From NCBI GenBank assembly GCA_913055805.1, contig CAJXLF010000001.1, positions 146,761 to 210,760 of the forward strand: a stretch of DNA of 64,000 nucleotides, written 5' to 3'. Source of the stretch: an uncultured Salinisphaerales bacterium (GTDB lineage: Bacteria > Pseudomonadota > Gammaproteobacteria > Nevskiales > CAJXLF01). This document shows positions 1-9,964 of this stretch, piece by piece; position 1 is the stretch's first letter; each line of letters begins with the position of its first letter. The position numbers were made by a program, and so were the translations under genes. The notes under the pieces are model-generated. The model was not told where the DNA came from and ran no database searches. It saw nothing but the letters and a program-made list of their open reading frames with translations.

Positions 1-114
1 ATGGGTCGTCAGGCCCTGATCAGGCTGGAACAGGCATATGCAGCTTGCCGGGATGCCAACGATCAACTGCCGGTGACCTATGAGGTCATTTTTGCCGAGG
101 TGCATAAGCCATGA
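1..114 (+). CDS. 3' end of upstream gene, probably malonyl-ACP O-methyltransferase BioC (partial, 37 codons)
   Basis: Frame 1 is open from the window edge and stops at TGA 112-114, overlapping the bioD ATG (ATGA coupling). Identity is inferred only from its position upstream of bioD; it is too short to recognise by sequence. Confidence 0.35.
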   Translation: MGRQALIRLEQAYAACRDANDQLPVTYEVIFAEVHKP

Positions 115-773
115 CGACCGTTTTTGTAACCGGGACGGATACCGAAGTGGGCAAGACCCATGTAGCGGAGCAGCTGTTACGCGCGGTAGCTGACCGGGGG
201 CTTGCCTGCGCGGGGTTCAAGCCGGTGGCAGCCGGCGCAGAGCATACTGGGCAGGGCTGGCGTAATGAGGATGCGCTAGCCCTGAAGGCGGCGGGGAATG
301 TGGATCTGCCTTACGAGGTCATCAATCCCTATTGCTTTGAACTGCCCATTGCGCCGCATCTGGCAGCTGCAGAAGCGGGGGTGAGGGTGGATAAACAGCG
401 CATTCTGGATGCGCATGCGCAAATAGCTGCGCAGGCCGACTGGGTGCTGGTCGAAGGTGCGGGCGGCTGGCGCGTACCTTTGAATAATGCACTGGATTTC
501 GCCAATCTTGCGGCGGGGGCCGGTTGGCCGGTGCTGCTGGTAGTGGGTATGCGGCTGGGCTGTATTAATCATGCTTTGCTCAGCGCCGAGAGCATCGTGC
601 GCCGTTGCAGGTTGCTGGGCTGGGTGGCCAATTGCCTGCCCCCGGAGCAACCCAGATTGCGGGAAAACATCGAAACGCTGACCAAACTCATGCCTGCGCC
701 CTTGCTGGGTATCTTTCCGGGTAACGGGGAAAACCCCGAAAAACTTGAGATTGAGGCGCTTTTGCACGTCTGA
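111..773 (+). CDS. bioD: dethiobiotin synthase
   Basis: N-terminal FVTGTDTEVGKT P-loop and overall BioD-like sequence, 220 aa. Confidence 0.9.
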   Translation: MTTVFVTGTDTEVGKTHVAEQLLRAVADRGLACAGFKPVAAGAEHTGQGWRNEDALALKAAGNVDLPYEVINPYCFELPIAPHLAAAEAGVRVDKQRILDAHAQIAAQADWVLVEGAGGWRVPLNNALDFANLAAGAGWPVLLVVGMRLGCINHALLSAESIVRRCRLLGWVANCLPPEQPRLRENIETLTKLMPAPLLGIFPGNGENPEKLEIEALLHV

Positions 774-846
774 AAGGCCTGCGACAGTTTGCCACGGCTT
801 TTACCCATCGACTAAAATTCGCCGTCTGTTTGGGCAGGAGCCTTCC

Positions 847-1392
847 GTGAGTGCTGTCCAGCCGCAAATCAGTCCGCATGAGAGAGCCGCAAGCGCGGTG
901 CGGGCGGAGGCGATTCTGGTGATCGGAAGGAATGCCTCGCTTGGACGCCGTCAGGCGGTGGCTCTGATGTTGTTCATGTGCGGTATCTCCTTTGGCATCG
1001 CCGGTGTTTTTGCCGTGCTGGGCTACTGGATGATCCTGCCATTTGCCGGGCTGGAGATGCTGGTCCTTGCGCTGGGTCTGGCCTGGAGTATGCGGGGCAA
1101 CGCCTGGCGCGAGGTGTTGCGCATCGATGAGGATTTTATAAGCGTCGAACGCGGACTGGGTGGGCCCCGGGAGCGTTATCGCTTCAGCCGATACTGGGTG
1201 CAGCTTCGGCTTGAGGCCGGTGCAATGCCCAATGACCATCGCCGACTCATGTTGTCGGAATCTGGTCGCCATTGTGAGGTTGGGGGCTGCCTGACCGAAG
1301 ATGAGCGTATTGCTCTGGCACAACGCCTGCGCGAATTGCTGCAAAGGCCGGTGCCTGCGGGGATTCACGCAGAGCAGACGCTTGAAAAATGA
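847..1392 (+). CDS. DUF2244-like integral membrane protein (cox-cluster associated)
   Basis: Two adjacent hydrophobic helices (ALMLFMCGISFGIAGVFAVLGYWMILPFAGLEMLVLALGLAW), in the position upstream of coxB typical of DUF2244. Start moved to GTG 847, which follows GGAG. The track start at 745 overlaps bioD by 29 nt. Confidence 0.6.
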   Translation: MSAVQPQISPHERAASAVRAEAILVIGRNASLGRRQAVALMLFMCGISFGIAGVFAVLGYWMILPFAGLEMLVLALGLAWSMRGNAWREVLRIDEDFISVERGLGGPRERYRFSRYWVQLRLEAGAMPNDHRRLMLSESGRHCEVGGCLTEDERIALAQRLRELLQRPVPAGIHAEQTLEK

Positions 1393-1439
1393 CTGATGCC
1401 GCTGAACCAATACAAGGCGGCTGTTTCAGGGAGTAACGC

Positions 1440-2678
1440 ATGTCCGTTAAAACCATGTTGAAGTTTGTCAGCGGTCTGATGGCCTGGGGTATGTCCAGCG
1501 CCGCGCTGGCAGCCTGGGAAGTCAACATGCCGGTCGGGGTCACCGAAATCAGCCGTGAGGTTCATGGCCTGCATATGCTGATTTTCTGGGTTTGTGTGGC
1601 TATCGGTGTGGTGGTGTTCGGCGCCATGTTCTATTCGGTGTTCGCGCATCGCAAATCACGTCATCCGAAGCCCGCTGATTTCCACGAAAGCACCCTGGTG
1701 GAAATCATCTGGACCATTATTCCCTTCGGTATTCTCATCGCCATGGCCATCCCCGCGGCCGGCACCCTGATCCGCATGGAAGATACCCGCGGCACGGATA
1801 TGACCGTGAAGATCACCGGCTATCAGTGGAAATGGCAGTACGAATACATGGATCACGACATTTCGTACTTCAGCACCCTGGACGCCAAGAGCAACGAGGC
1901 GCGCCGTCTGGGTTCGGGCATCGATCCCGCTACTGTCGACAATTATCTTCTGGAAGTGGACAACCGCCTGGTGTTACCGGTGGGCAAGAAAGTGCGCTTC
2001 CTGCTGACCTCCAATGACGTGATCCACGCCTGGTGGGTGCCGGATCTGGCGGTCAAGAAAGACGCCGTGCCGGGTTACATCAACGAAATGTGGACCCAGA
2101 TTGATGAGCCGGGTATCTACCGCGGCCAATGCGCCGAACTCTGCGGCCGCGACCATGGCTTCATGCCTGTGGTGGTGGAAGCGGTAAGCCAGGAAGATTT
2201 TGATGCCTGGGTGGCCGGCAAGACCGGTGGTGCCCAGGAGGCGGCCGCCGAAGAAGCGGTTGCAGAAGAACCCGCTGAGGCTTCCGTTGAAGCAGCCGCC
2301 GAGCCGGAAGAAGCGCCTGCTGCAGAGCAGGTTGCCGCTGCTGAAGCTCCGGCCGCCGAACCGGCTGCTGCCGAAATGAGCAAGGACGAGCTGATGGCCA
2401 GCGGTGAAAAGGTCTACCAGACCTATTGCAGTGCCTGTCATCAGGCCGGTGGCGAAGGCCTGCCGCCTGCATTCCCCGCCCTCAAGGGCAGCGCCATCGC
2501 CACCGGTGATCAGGCTGCGCATATCGATATCGTGCTCAACGGCAAGAATGCCATGACGCCTTTTGGCGGTACGCTCAACGATGAGCAGCTAGCCGCTGTA
2601 ATTACTTATGAACGCAACGCCTGGGGTAATGACACCGGCGACGTCGTGCAACCGGCCCAGATCAAGGCCGCACGCTGA
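1440..2678 (+). CDS. coxB: cytochrome c oxidase subunit II with C-terminal cytochrome c domain
   Basis: CuA motif region (HAWWVPDL...CAELCGRDHGFM) and C-terminal CSACH heme-c motif, joined by an Ala/Glu/Pro-rich linker. Confidence 0.95.
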   Translation: MSVKTMLKFVSGLMAWGMSSAALAAWEVNMPVGVTEISREVHGLHMLIFWVCVAIGVVVFGAMFYSVFAHRKSRHPKPADFHESTLVEIIWTIIPFGILIAMAIPAAGTLIRMEDTRGTDMTVKITGYQWKWQYEYMDHDISYFSTLDAKSNEARRLGSGIDPATVDNYLLEVDNRLVLPVGKKVRFLLTSNDVIHAWWVPDLAVKKDAVPGYINEMWTQIDEPGIYRGQCAELCGRDHGFMPVVVEAVSQEDFDAWVAGKTGGAQEAAAEEAVAEEPAEASVEAAAEPEEAPAAEQVAAAEAPAAEPAAAEMSKDELMASGEKVYQTYCSACHQAGGEGLPPAFPALKGSAIATGDQAAHIDIVLNGKNAMTPFGGTLNDEQLAAVITYERNAWGNDTGDVVQPAQIKAAR

Positions 2679-2692
2679 TTTAGGAGATGAAC

Positions 2693-4369
2693 ATGAGTCA
2701 CGCTGATACTCACGACGCACACGACGACCACCATCACGGCCCGGTTACCCTGAAAGACGGCTTTGTGCCATGGGCGCTGCGCTGGATTGGCACCACCAAT
2801 CACAAGGATCTGGGCACGCTGTACCTGATCTTTGCCTTCACCATGTTCTTCATCGGCGGCGTCATGTCGCTGATCATTCGCGCCGAGCTGTTCCAGCCCG
2901 GCATGCAGCTGGTGAGCCCGGAGTTCTTCAACTCCATGACCACCATGCATGCACTGGTCATGATCTTCGGCGGTGTGATGCCCGGCTTCGTCGGTCTGGC
3001 CAACTGGATGGTGCCGCTGATGATCGGCGCCGGCGATCTGGCCTTGCCGCGTGTCAATAACTGGGGCTTCTGGATTCTGCCCTTTGCCTTCACGCTGCTG
3101 CTGTCGACCCTGTTCATGGACGGTGGTGGCCCGGCGTCGGGCTGGACCATGTATCCGCCGCTGGTGCTGCAGACCGGTGATGCACTGCCGTTCGTGATTT
3201 TCGCCATCCACCTGATGGGTATTTCCTCCATCACCGGTGCGATCAATGTGATCGTGACCATTCTGAATCTGCGCGCACCCAGCATGACGCTGCTGAAAAT
3301 GCCGCTGTTCGTCTGGACCTGGCTGATTACCGCCTATCTGCTGATTGCGGTGATGCCGGTGCTGGCAGGTGCGGTGACGATGTTGCTGACCGACCGCTAC
3401 TTCGGCACCAGCTTCTTCACTGCCGCCGGCGGTGGCGACCCGGTCATGTTCCAGCACATCTTCTGGTTCTTCGGACATCCCGAGGTGTACATCCTGATTC
3501 TGCCGGCCTTCGGTATCGTGTCCACCATCATCCCGACCTTCGCCCGCAAGGCGCTGTTCGGTTATGACTCGATGGTGTACGCGACCGCCTCGATTGCCTT
3601 CCTGAGCTTCATCGTCTGGGCGCACCACATGTTCACCGTGGGCATGCCGGTGGCAGGTGAGTTGTTCTTCATGTTTGCCACCATGCTGATTGCGGTGCCG
3701 ACCGGTGTGAAGGTGTTCAACTGGATCGCCACCATGTGGCGCGGCTCCATGACCTTTGAAACGCCGATGCTGTTCGCAGTGGGCTTCGTGTTCCTGTTCA
3801 CCATTGGTGGCTTCTCCGGTCTGATGCTGGCCATTGCGCCGGCTGACTTCCAGTACCACGACAGCTACTTCGTGGTTGCGCACTTCCACTATGTGCTGGT
3901 GCCGGGCGCGGTGTTCTCGATTATTGCCGGCGTCTACTACTGGATTCCCAAGTGGACCGGCGTGATGTACAGCGAGTTCTGGGGCAAGGTGCATTTCTGG
4001 CTGTCCGCCATCTTCATTAACGTCACCTTCTTCCCGCAGCATTTCGTGGGTCTGGCTGGTATGCCGCGCCGTATTCCGGACTACAACGGTCAGTTTGCGG
4101 ATTTCAACTGGATATCCACCGTAGGCGCATTTGCCTTCTTCCTGGCGCAGTTCATCTTCATCTTCAACATGATGCGCTGCATGGCCAGGAAGGGCGAAAA
4201 GGCCACAGACCGCGTCTGGGAAGGCGCACATGGTCTGGAGTGGACCGTGCCTTCGCCGGCGCCGTACCACACCTTTGAAGTGCCGCCGGAACAGATCAGC
4301 ATCCCGGAAGACGAGCTCACTGCGGTGCATGATGAATTTGACGCCCTCGACGGTCACAAGCTGACCTGA
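2693..4369 (+). CDS. coxA: cytochrome c oxidase subunit I
   Basis: Canonical heme-copper oxidase subunit I sequence ([28 protein letters not shown]). ATG 2693 is 6 nt after AGGAG 2682-2686. ATG 2687 directly abuts the SD. Confidence 0.95.
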   Translation: MSHADTHDAHDDHHHGPVTLKDGFVPWALRWIGTTNHKDLGTLYLIFAFTMFFIGGVMSLIIRAELFQPGMQLVSPEFFNSMTTMHALVMIFGGVMPGFVGLANWMVPLMIGAGDLALPRVNNWGFWILPFAFTLLLSTLFMDGGGPASGWTMYPPLVLQTGDALPFVIFAIHLMGISSITGAINVIVTILNLRAPSMTLLKMPLFVWTWLITAYLLIAVMPVLAGAVTMLLTDRYFGTSFFTAAGGGDPVMFQHIFWFFGHPEVYILILPAFGIVSTIIPTFARKALFGYDSMVYATASIAFLSFIVWAHHMFTVGMPVAGELFFMFATMLIAVPTGVKVFNWIATMWRGSMTFETPMLFAVGFVFLFTIGGFSGLMLAIAPADFQYHDSYFVVAHFHYVLVPGAVFSIIAGVYYWIPKWTGVMYSEFWGKVHFWLSAIFINVTFFPQHFVGLAGMPRRIPDYNGQFADFNWISTVGAFAFFLAQFIFIFNMMRCMARKGEKATDRVWEGAHGLEWTVPSPAPYHTFEVPPEQISIPEDELTAVHDEFDALDGHKLT

Positions 4370-4382
4370 GGATGTGGCGAGC

Positions 4383-4523
4383 ATGAGCAGAGAAGATCTG
4401 GCGCAGGGGCATGAGGGGAGCGGGCATGGCAGCCGTACCCGCACCATCCGCCTGGCATTGATGCTGGTGGCCCTTGTTTTGGTCTTTTTCTTCGGCAGCT
4501 TTTTCTTTCTGACCGGGCGTTAG
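4383..4523 (+). CDS. small single-TM peptide (46 aa), cytochrome oxidase small assembly protein-like
   Basis: Read by hand, below the track cutoff: [46 protein letters not shown]. It fills the coxA-ctaG gap in the same orientation. One TM helix follows a basic stretch. Confidence 0.4.
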   Translation: MSREDLAQGHEGSGHGSRTRTIRLALMLVALVLVFFFGSFFFLTGR

Positions 4524-4546
4524 GCCGGGTTGGTCAGGGCAGAGCT

Positions 4547-5089
4547 ATGAAGCATGGCCGGTTGCTGTTGCACCTCGGTGCCGTGGTTCTGGGCATGTTT
4601 GCTTTCGGTTTCGCCATGGTGCCGCTGTACGATGTGATCTGCGATATCACGGGTCTCAACGGTCGCAGCAGCACGGTGACCGAGCAGGCCAAAGTGGTTA
4701 ATGAAGTCGTGGACGCGAATCGCGTGATCACGGTGGAATTCACGACCACGGTGAATGGCGGCAGCGACTGGACGTTTGCCTCCGAACAGCGACAGGTGGA
4801 AGTGCATCCGGGCGAACTGACCCTGGTGTATTTCAATGCCAGAAACCTGCAGTCGCGGGACGTGGTGGGCCAGGCGGTGCCGAGTGTGTCGCCGGCGGCT
4901 GGCGCCAAGTACCTGCGCAAGACGGAATGCTTCTGTTTCGAGCAACAACAGTTCGAGGCAGACGAGGAAAAGCGGATGCCGGTACGGTTCGTTATCGATC
5001 CGGACCTGCCGGAACACATAGACCGGCTCACGCTGGCCTATACTTTTTTTGATGCCACCAACCTGGCATCACTTGGAGCAGCCCGATAA
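4547..5089 (+). CDS. ctaG: cytochrome c oxidase assembly protein CtaG/Cox11
   Basis: Cox11 family features (N-terminal TM, CFCF copper motif in [10 protein letters not shown]), 180 aa, located between coxA and coxC. Confidence 0.9.
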   Translation: MKHGRLLLHLGAVVLGMFAFGFAMVPLYDVICDITGLNGRSSTVTEQAKVVNEVVDANRVITVEFTTTVNGGSDWTFASEQRQVEVHPGELTLVYFNARNLQSRDVVGQAVPSVSPAAGAKYLRKTECFCFEQQQFEADEEKRMPVRFVIDPDLPEHIDRLTLAYTFFDATNLASLGAAR

Positions 5090-5112
5090 GGGCATGACAT
5101 TGGGGAACTGAA

Positions 5113-5988
5113 ATGTCACAGAACAGTACTGCGGACACCTATTACGTACCGGCGGGGAGCAGCTGGCCATTCCTGATGACGATCGCGCTGGTGATCTTCG
5201 TCTCCGGGTTCGGTCACATGCTCAACGAAGATATGAGCTTTGGCCGTATCGCCTTCTTCACGGGCCTCGGCTTTATCATCGTCATGACCTTTGTATGGTT
5301 GCGTGGCGTGATTCACGAAAGCGAATCCGGCAAGTACAACATGCAGGTGGACCGCACTTACCGCTGGAGCATGGGCTGGTTCATCTTCTCCGAGGTGATG
5401 TTCTTCGGCGCCTTTTTCGGCGCACTGTTCTATGCCCGCATCCTGTCGGTGCCATGGGTAGCGGGCGCCGGTCCCGAACTCATGACCAACGAAGTGCTGT
5501 GGAAGGGTTTCGAGGCCGTGTGGCCCACCAACGGTCCGGCCGATATGGGCGGTGAGTTCAGCACCATTCCCGCCTGGGGCGTTCCGTTCCTCAACACCCT
5601 GATCCTGCTGACCTCCGGCGTGACCTGTACCTTCGCCCATCATGGCCTGAAGGAAGGCAATCATCGCAAGGCCACGATCTGGCTGGCGGCGACTGTGGCG
5701 CTGGGCTGCGGTTTCCTGTTCTTCCAGGCTGAAGAATATATCGAGGCCTACAGCCATCTGAACCTGACTCTGGAGTCAGGCATCTATGGTTCTACATTCT
5801 TCATGCTGACCGGTTTCCACGGCATGCATGTGACGCTGGGCACCATCATGCTCATCATCATCATGTTCCGTTGCGCCAAGGGGCATTTCACCGAAGACCG
5901 TCATTTCGGCTTCGAAGGTGTGGCCTGGTACTGGCACTTTGTGGACGTAGTCTGGATTGGCCTGTTTATCTTCGTATACGTCGTATAA
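5113..5988 (+). CDS. coxC: cytochrome c oxidase subunit III
   Basis: Subunit III signature regions (FFMLTGFHGMHVTLG, AWYWHFVDVVW), 291 aa. Confidence 0.93.
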   Translation: MSQNSTADTYYVPAGSSWPFLMTIALVIFVSGFGHMLNEDMSFGRIAFFTGLGFIIVMTFVWLRGVIHESESGKYNMQVDRTYRWSMGWFIFSEVMFFGAFFGALFYARILSVPWVAGAGPELMTNEVLWKGFEAVWPTNGPADMGGEFSTIPAWGVPFLNTLILLTSGVTCTFAHHGLKEGNHRKATIWLAATVALGCGFLFFQAEEYIEAYSHLNLTLESGIYGSTFFMLTGFHGMHVTLGTIMLIIIMFRCAKGHFTEDRHFGFEGVAWYWHFVDVVWIGLFIFVYVV

Positions 5989-6005
5989 ACACAAACGCAG
6001 ACAAC

Positions 6006-6034
6006 AAAAAGCCCGGCAATGCCGGGCTTTTTTA
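6006..6034. terminator. bidirectional rho-independent terminator between coxC and rlmJ
   Basis: AAAAAGCCCGGC-AAT-GCCGGGCTTTTTT: a perfect GC-rich stem flanked by an A-run and a T-run. The rlmJ stop codon lies in the T/A tract. Confidence 0.7.
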
Positions 6035-6868
6035 TTCTTGCGCCAGAATCCTGCAACGATGATACCCATTACTCCCGCTGGCGAGAGTGCTTGCCAGTAA
6101 AGGCAGGATCGTCTGCATCCTCGTCAGCAGCGTCCAGGGCGGATTGATAACGATCATGCCGGCAGCGGTCATGCCATGGCCCCGGCTATCCGCTGTCAGT
6201 CCCAGTTCAAAGAGCTGAATATCACGTATGCCACTGCCGATCAGGGCCTTTTCCATCTGGTGTATGCGTTCTCGTTCCACCACCGGGTACCAGAGTGCGT
6301 AGATACCGCCGGCGAATCTGCGGTGAGCAGTAATAAGGGCATTAACAACGGCAGCGTAGTCCGTCTTGAGTTCGTAAGAGGGGTCGATGAGCACCAGCCC
6401 GCGCCGTGAAAGCGGCGGCAACAGGCGGGTGAAGGTTTTCAGGCCATCTTCCTTCAGCACCTTGATACTACGCTGCCCGGCCATGTTCGCGGCCAGCAGC
6501 TCAAAGTCCCGGGGGTGCAGTTCGTACAGCCAGGCGCGGTCTTCCCGTCTCAGAAAATGGCGCGCAATGAGCGGGGAGCCGGGGTAATGCGCCAGACGTC
6601 CGGCGTTGTTGTACTGGCCAACGATAGACAGATAGCTTGCCAGTTCGGGCAGAGCCTGACCGAACAGCTTGCCGATACCGCTTTCATATTCGCGGGTTTT
6701 GCCGGACGGCTCTGAAGTCAGGGCGTAATAGCCCGCCCCGGCGTGAGTGTCGATATAGGTAAAGGGCTTATCCTTGCGTATCAGGTACTCAAGGATTTCG
6801 ACCAGGACGACATGTTTTATGACGTCGGCAAAATTGCCAGCGTGGAAAGAGTGGCGGTAGCTGAGCAA
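6032..6868 (-). CDS. rlmJ: 23S rRNA (adenine2030-N6)-methyltransferase
   Basis: N-terminus MLSYRHSFHAGNFADVIKH...DTHAGAGYY closely matches E. coli RlmJ (YhiR). Confidence 0.85.
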   Translation of the reverse strand: MLSYRHSFHAGNFADVIKHVVLVEILEYLIRKDKPFTYIDTHAGAGYYALTSEPSGKTREYESGIGKLFGQALPELASYLSIVGQYNNAGRLAHYPGSPLIARHFLRREDRAWLYELHPRDFELLAANMAGQRSIKVLKEDGLKTFTRLLPPLSRRGLVLIDPSYELKTDYAAVVNALITAHRRFAGGIYALWYPVVERERIHQMEKALIGSGIRDIQLFELGLTADSRGHGMTAAGMIVINPPWTLLTRMQTILPLLASTLASGSNGYHRCRILAQE

Positions 6869-6947
6869 GAACGTGTAATCACAGGCTGGCGGGACGGAGA
6901 TTTTACTCCGCTTCCCGACCGGCGAGGTAGAGGGTAGCGAAGGGGCT

Positions 6948-7406
6948 TCAGTTAACGGTACCCAGCGGACTGCCGCGCAGCTTTTCCGCCAGTTCGTCTC
7001 CCAGGTCCTCGCACATTTCCTCGCTGGTCAGCGAACCTTCCTTACCGGAAGTGGTGAACAGCACGGCATCATCGGCGCCGATCACCTTGGCCGAAAATGT
7101 CGCCTTGGCGCCAAAGCCGCCGAACTCGGGCACCTGGTCCAGGTTGCGGCCCGTGCGGGTGACGGTGACATCAAGCCGGGCGTCCGCCTGCTGGTTTTCT
7201 TCCAGAACGGCAAAACCGTGCTCGCGCAGCGCCTTGGCGATGCCGGCCGGGCAGTCGTTGGTCTGCAGCTGCATGGTGCGGACCTGATTGATATGGGTCG
7301 CAGTGGGTCCGGGTTTCTCCGTTTCTCCGGAGAGATCGCAGGCCGTGAGTGGAAGGGCAAGCAACAGGGGGATGCTGATGCTCAGTGCAACGCGTTCGTG
7401 TCTCAT
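6948..7406 (-). CDS. hypothetical lipoprotein
   Basis: Signal peptide with lipobox LPLTAC. No recognisable family. Confidence 0.55.
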   Translation of the reverse strand: MRHERVALSISIPLLLALPLTACDLSGETEKPGPTATHINQVRTMQLQTNDCPAGIAKALREHGFAVLEENQQADARLDVTVTRTGRNLDQVPEFGGFGAKATFSAKVIGADDAVLFTTSGKEGSLTSEEMCEDLGDELAEKLRGSPLGTVN

Positions 7407-7531
7407 GACAGGCTCCTTGTACGAGTTGCAATATTAGACCTTTTGCCTGTGAAAGGTTTAACCGGGATTTTAAGGCGCAGATCGGGCGTATTGTCGCTAT
7501 ATTGGCTGTGATCGGGGAAAGGGAGACTGTA

Positions 7532-8290
7532 ATGGAAACGAGCGGAAATACCAGCAACGCCTACGCAGCGCCTGTCTGGGCACAGAAGATGCGCGCTTTC
7601 AGTAACTGGGTGAACTTTGATTTTGGCGGTGGCCCACGACCCTGGAAGGCAGCCTGGGTGATCAACTTCCAGAAGACCGGCACTTTCGTATTTCTGGGAT
7701 GCCTGATGTGGTTCTATGCGGACAAGACAGCGGCGGCCACTTCCACGGCCGCCTGGATATACCTGGCCATGCATGGCAGCTATGGGCTGGTCTGGATTCT
7801 CAAGGATGTGACATTCCCCGATCCCGGCTGGCAGGCGCGCATGACCATCGGTGGTGGCATCAACGCTTTCCTGTTTGTGCTGGGTTGGTACTGGGTGTTC
7901 GGCTGGTTGCTGATTTCAGGCACTTCCAGTCCCGACTATCCCTTACCGGACAATGCCTGGTTTTGTTTGTGTATCAGCCTGTGCATGCTGGGTTCGGTCA
8001 TCATGATCGCTGCAGATGCCCAGAAGTACTTCACGCCGAGAGTGAAGCGCGGTCTGATCACTGATGGCATGCATAAATATATTCGCCATCCCAATTACCT
8101 GGGCGGAATGATGATTTATGGCTCTTTCGCGCTCATGGTCTGGCACTGGTTGCCGGTGCTGGTGCTGGCCTGGGTCTGGCTGGGCCTGTTTGCGGTCAAC
8201 ATGCACATGAAGGAAGCCAGTATGTCGCGTTATCCGGAGTGGGCAGCCTATAAGAAAAGAAGCTGGTGGCTGCTGCCATTCGTGCTCTAG
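7532..8290 (+). CDS. membrane methyltransferase family protein (ICMT/DUF1295-like)
   Basis: Multi-TM protein with C-terminal HKYIRHPNYLGGMMIYGSFAL, typical of the isoprenylcysteine carboxyl methyltransferase/DUF1295 superfamily. ATG 7532 follows GGGAGA with 5-nt spacing. Confidence 0.6.
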   Translation: METSGNTSNAYAAPVWAQKMRAFSNWVNFDFGGGPRPWKAAWVINFQKTGTFVFLGCLMWFYADKTAAATSTAAWIYLAMHGSYGLVWILKDVTFPDPGWQARMTIGGGINAFLFVLGWYWVFGWLLISGTSSPDYPLPDNAWFCLCISLCMLGSVIMIAADAQKYFTPRVKRGLITDGMHKYIRHPNYLGGMMIYGSFALMVWHWLPVLVLAWVWLGLFAVNMHMKEASMSRYPEWAAYKKRSWWLLPFVL

Positions 8291-8553
8291 TTTTTGCCGC
8301 GCTCTCCCGAAACCTGTTCCTGCGTCTGCGCAGTGCCGTTACCGGACTGATCCGGATAGACATCATGCGGCCGTAACCAGCCCATGAAGAAGGCCACGAT
8401 CAGTACAATAATAAGTCCGATTTGCAGGCCGACGCGCCAGGTGAGGGCATTGGCGGTGCGTCTGGATTTTCCCTCATCCTTCATGAGGAAAAACAGACCG
8501 GTGAACAGCGAAACGCAAATGGCGACAAGGAACAGGATTAGGATGATTTTCAT
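8287..8553 (-). CDS. twin transmembrane helix small protein (DUF2909-like)
   Basis: MKIILILFLVAICVSLFTGLFFLMKDEGKSRRT...LTWRVGLQIGLIIVLIVAFF: two TM helices, adjacent to SURF1 as in other cox clusters. The track ORF extension to 8685 was rejected. Confidence 0.65.
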   Translation of the reverse strand: MKIILILFLVAICVSLFTGLFFLMKDEGKSRRTANALTWRVGLQIGLIIVLIVAFFMGWLRPHDVYPDQSGNGTAQTQEQVSGERGKN

Positions 8554-8571
8554 GGCGGGTTTTCCAAACTG

Positions 8572-9321
8572 ATGCTGCGGGTCGGGGCTTTTCGCTTTGC
8601 GCCCCCCTGGTGGGCCTGGATCCTGTACGCGGCTGTGCTTGCCTTGTTGCTGAATCTGGGTGTCTGGCAGCTGCAGCGAGCGCATGCCAAGGAAGCCATG
8701 TTAGTCGCGCAGGCCGTAGCCGCCAAGGCCGACCCCCGGGATCTGGTTGCTCACTTCTGGTCAGGGGGTGATGGTAATGATCTGCACAATGAATCGGTTT
8801 CCATTACCGGGCGCTACCTGACAGACCGGGTGTTGCTGCAGGACAGTCAGGTTTATCGGGGACAGGCGGGTTACCACGTCTGGACTCCGATGCAGACCAG
8901 GGCAGGGCTGATCATGGTGAACCGCGGCTGGATAGCGGCCGGTGCAACGCGCGCGCAGCTGCCCTCGGTGGAGACGCCGGTGGAATGGCAGCGGGTGCGC
9001 GGTCAGTGGCGTGGATTACCGCAACCCGGCTTCCGTCTGGGCGAGGTTGCCTGCGACGCAGACGAGCTCCGAAAAAACTGGCCGCAGGTGGTACAATATC
9101 CGCGCCGTGAAACGCTGAAATGCCTGCTCGGTGCGCCGGTCAGGGATGGCATTCTGTTATTGGCAGATGATCAGCCCCACGGTTACGCGCGTGACTGGAG
9201 CGCCGAGGTAATGCCGCCGGCCAAACATTATGGTTACGCCTTTCAATGGTTTGCTCTGGCGTTGGCCCTCACGGGGATATTCGTGGTGGTCAACAGCCAT
9301 CGCGAGAATGCCGCTTCTTAA
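8572..9321 (+). CDS. SURF1 family cytochrome oxidase biogenesis protein
   Basis: N- and C-terminal TM helices, GVWQLQRA motif, HYGYAFQWFALA near the C-terminus. Confidence 0.85.
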   Translation: MLRVGAFRFAPPWWAWILYAAVLALLLNLGVWQLQRAHAKEAMLVAQAVAAKADPRDLVAHFWSGGDGNDLHNESVSITGRYLTDRVLLQDSQVYRGQAGYHVWTPMQTRAGLIMVNRGWIAAGATRAQLPSVETPVEWQRVRGQWRGLPQPGFRLGEVACDADELRKNWPQVVQYPRRETLKCLLGAPVRDGILLLADDQPHGYARDWSAEVMPPAKHYGYAFQWFALALALTGIFVVVNSHRENAAS

Positions 9322-9337
9322 TTACTAGAGTATTTCC

Positions 9338-9958
9338 ATGGCTGCAGCATCGGTACGCAAGGGCCGCCTCGCCCTGATCACGCTGGCTATCCTTTTCCTG
9401 GGGCCGCTGGTTTTGGCCTATTCCACCTATTACAGCGGTTGGCGGCCGGGTGGGCAGGTGCAGAAAGGGCATCTGGTCGATCCGGTGAAAACCCTGCCTC
9501 AAATCATGGTCTACGACAGCGAGGGCAGAGGCCTGGAGAAGGACCTTTTGCACGGCGATCGCTGGACCATGCTGTATGTGGGCAGCAGCGATTGTCAGTC
9601 GGATTGTCAGAGAACCCTCCATAACATGCGCCAGGTATGGAAGTCGCTGCATCGCCGTTCCGAGCGCGTCAAGGGTGTCTACGTCGCTACCGACCGGGTC
9701 GGGCAAGGCGCGCTGGACGCGTTTGTCGAGGCCGAGCACGGCGGCCTGAACCTGGTCTATGCCAATCCCGGAAAAGAGCGGGAACAGTCGGTGCAGTGGC
9801 GGGAGTTCTTCCATGCCGAGAATGGCGCACCCGAAGGCGCCAATGTCTACATCATTGACCCTCTGGGTAACTGGGTGCTGTATTACACGCCCAGAGATGC
9901 CGCCAAGGGCATGCTCAAGGACATCAAGAAGCTGCTCAAGCTGTCCAACATCGGGTAA
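9338..9958 (+). CDS. membrane-anchored SCO/thioredoxin-like protein of the cox cluster
   Basis: N-terminal TM anchor. RWTMLYVGSSDCQSDCQRTLHNMRQV resembles the SCO1/SenC CxxxC region. Sits between SURF1 and ctaA. Confidence 0.5.
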   Translation: MAAASVRKGRLALITLAILFLGPLVLAYSTYYSGWRPGGQVQKGHLVDPVKTLPQIMVYDSEGRGLEKDLLHGDRWTMLYVGSSDCQSDCQRTLHNMRQVWKSLHRRSERVKGVYVATDRVGQGALDAFVEAEHGGLNLVYANPGKEREQSVQWREFFHAENGAPEGANVYIIDPLGNWVLYYTPRDAAKGMLKDIKKLLKLSNIG

Positions 9959-9964
9959 TTCGTC

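Noticed and set aside
2606-4447. 613-aa ORF on the minus strand
   Set aside because: It is antisense to coxA, whose product is unmistakable. The translation is Arg/His/Gly/Gln-rich and low-complexity, typical of a shadow ORF in high-G+C DNA.
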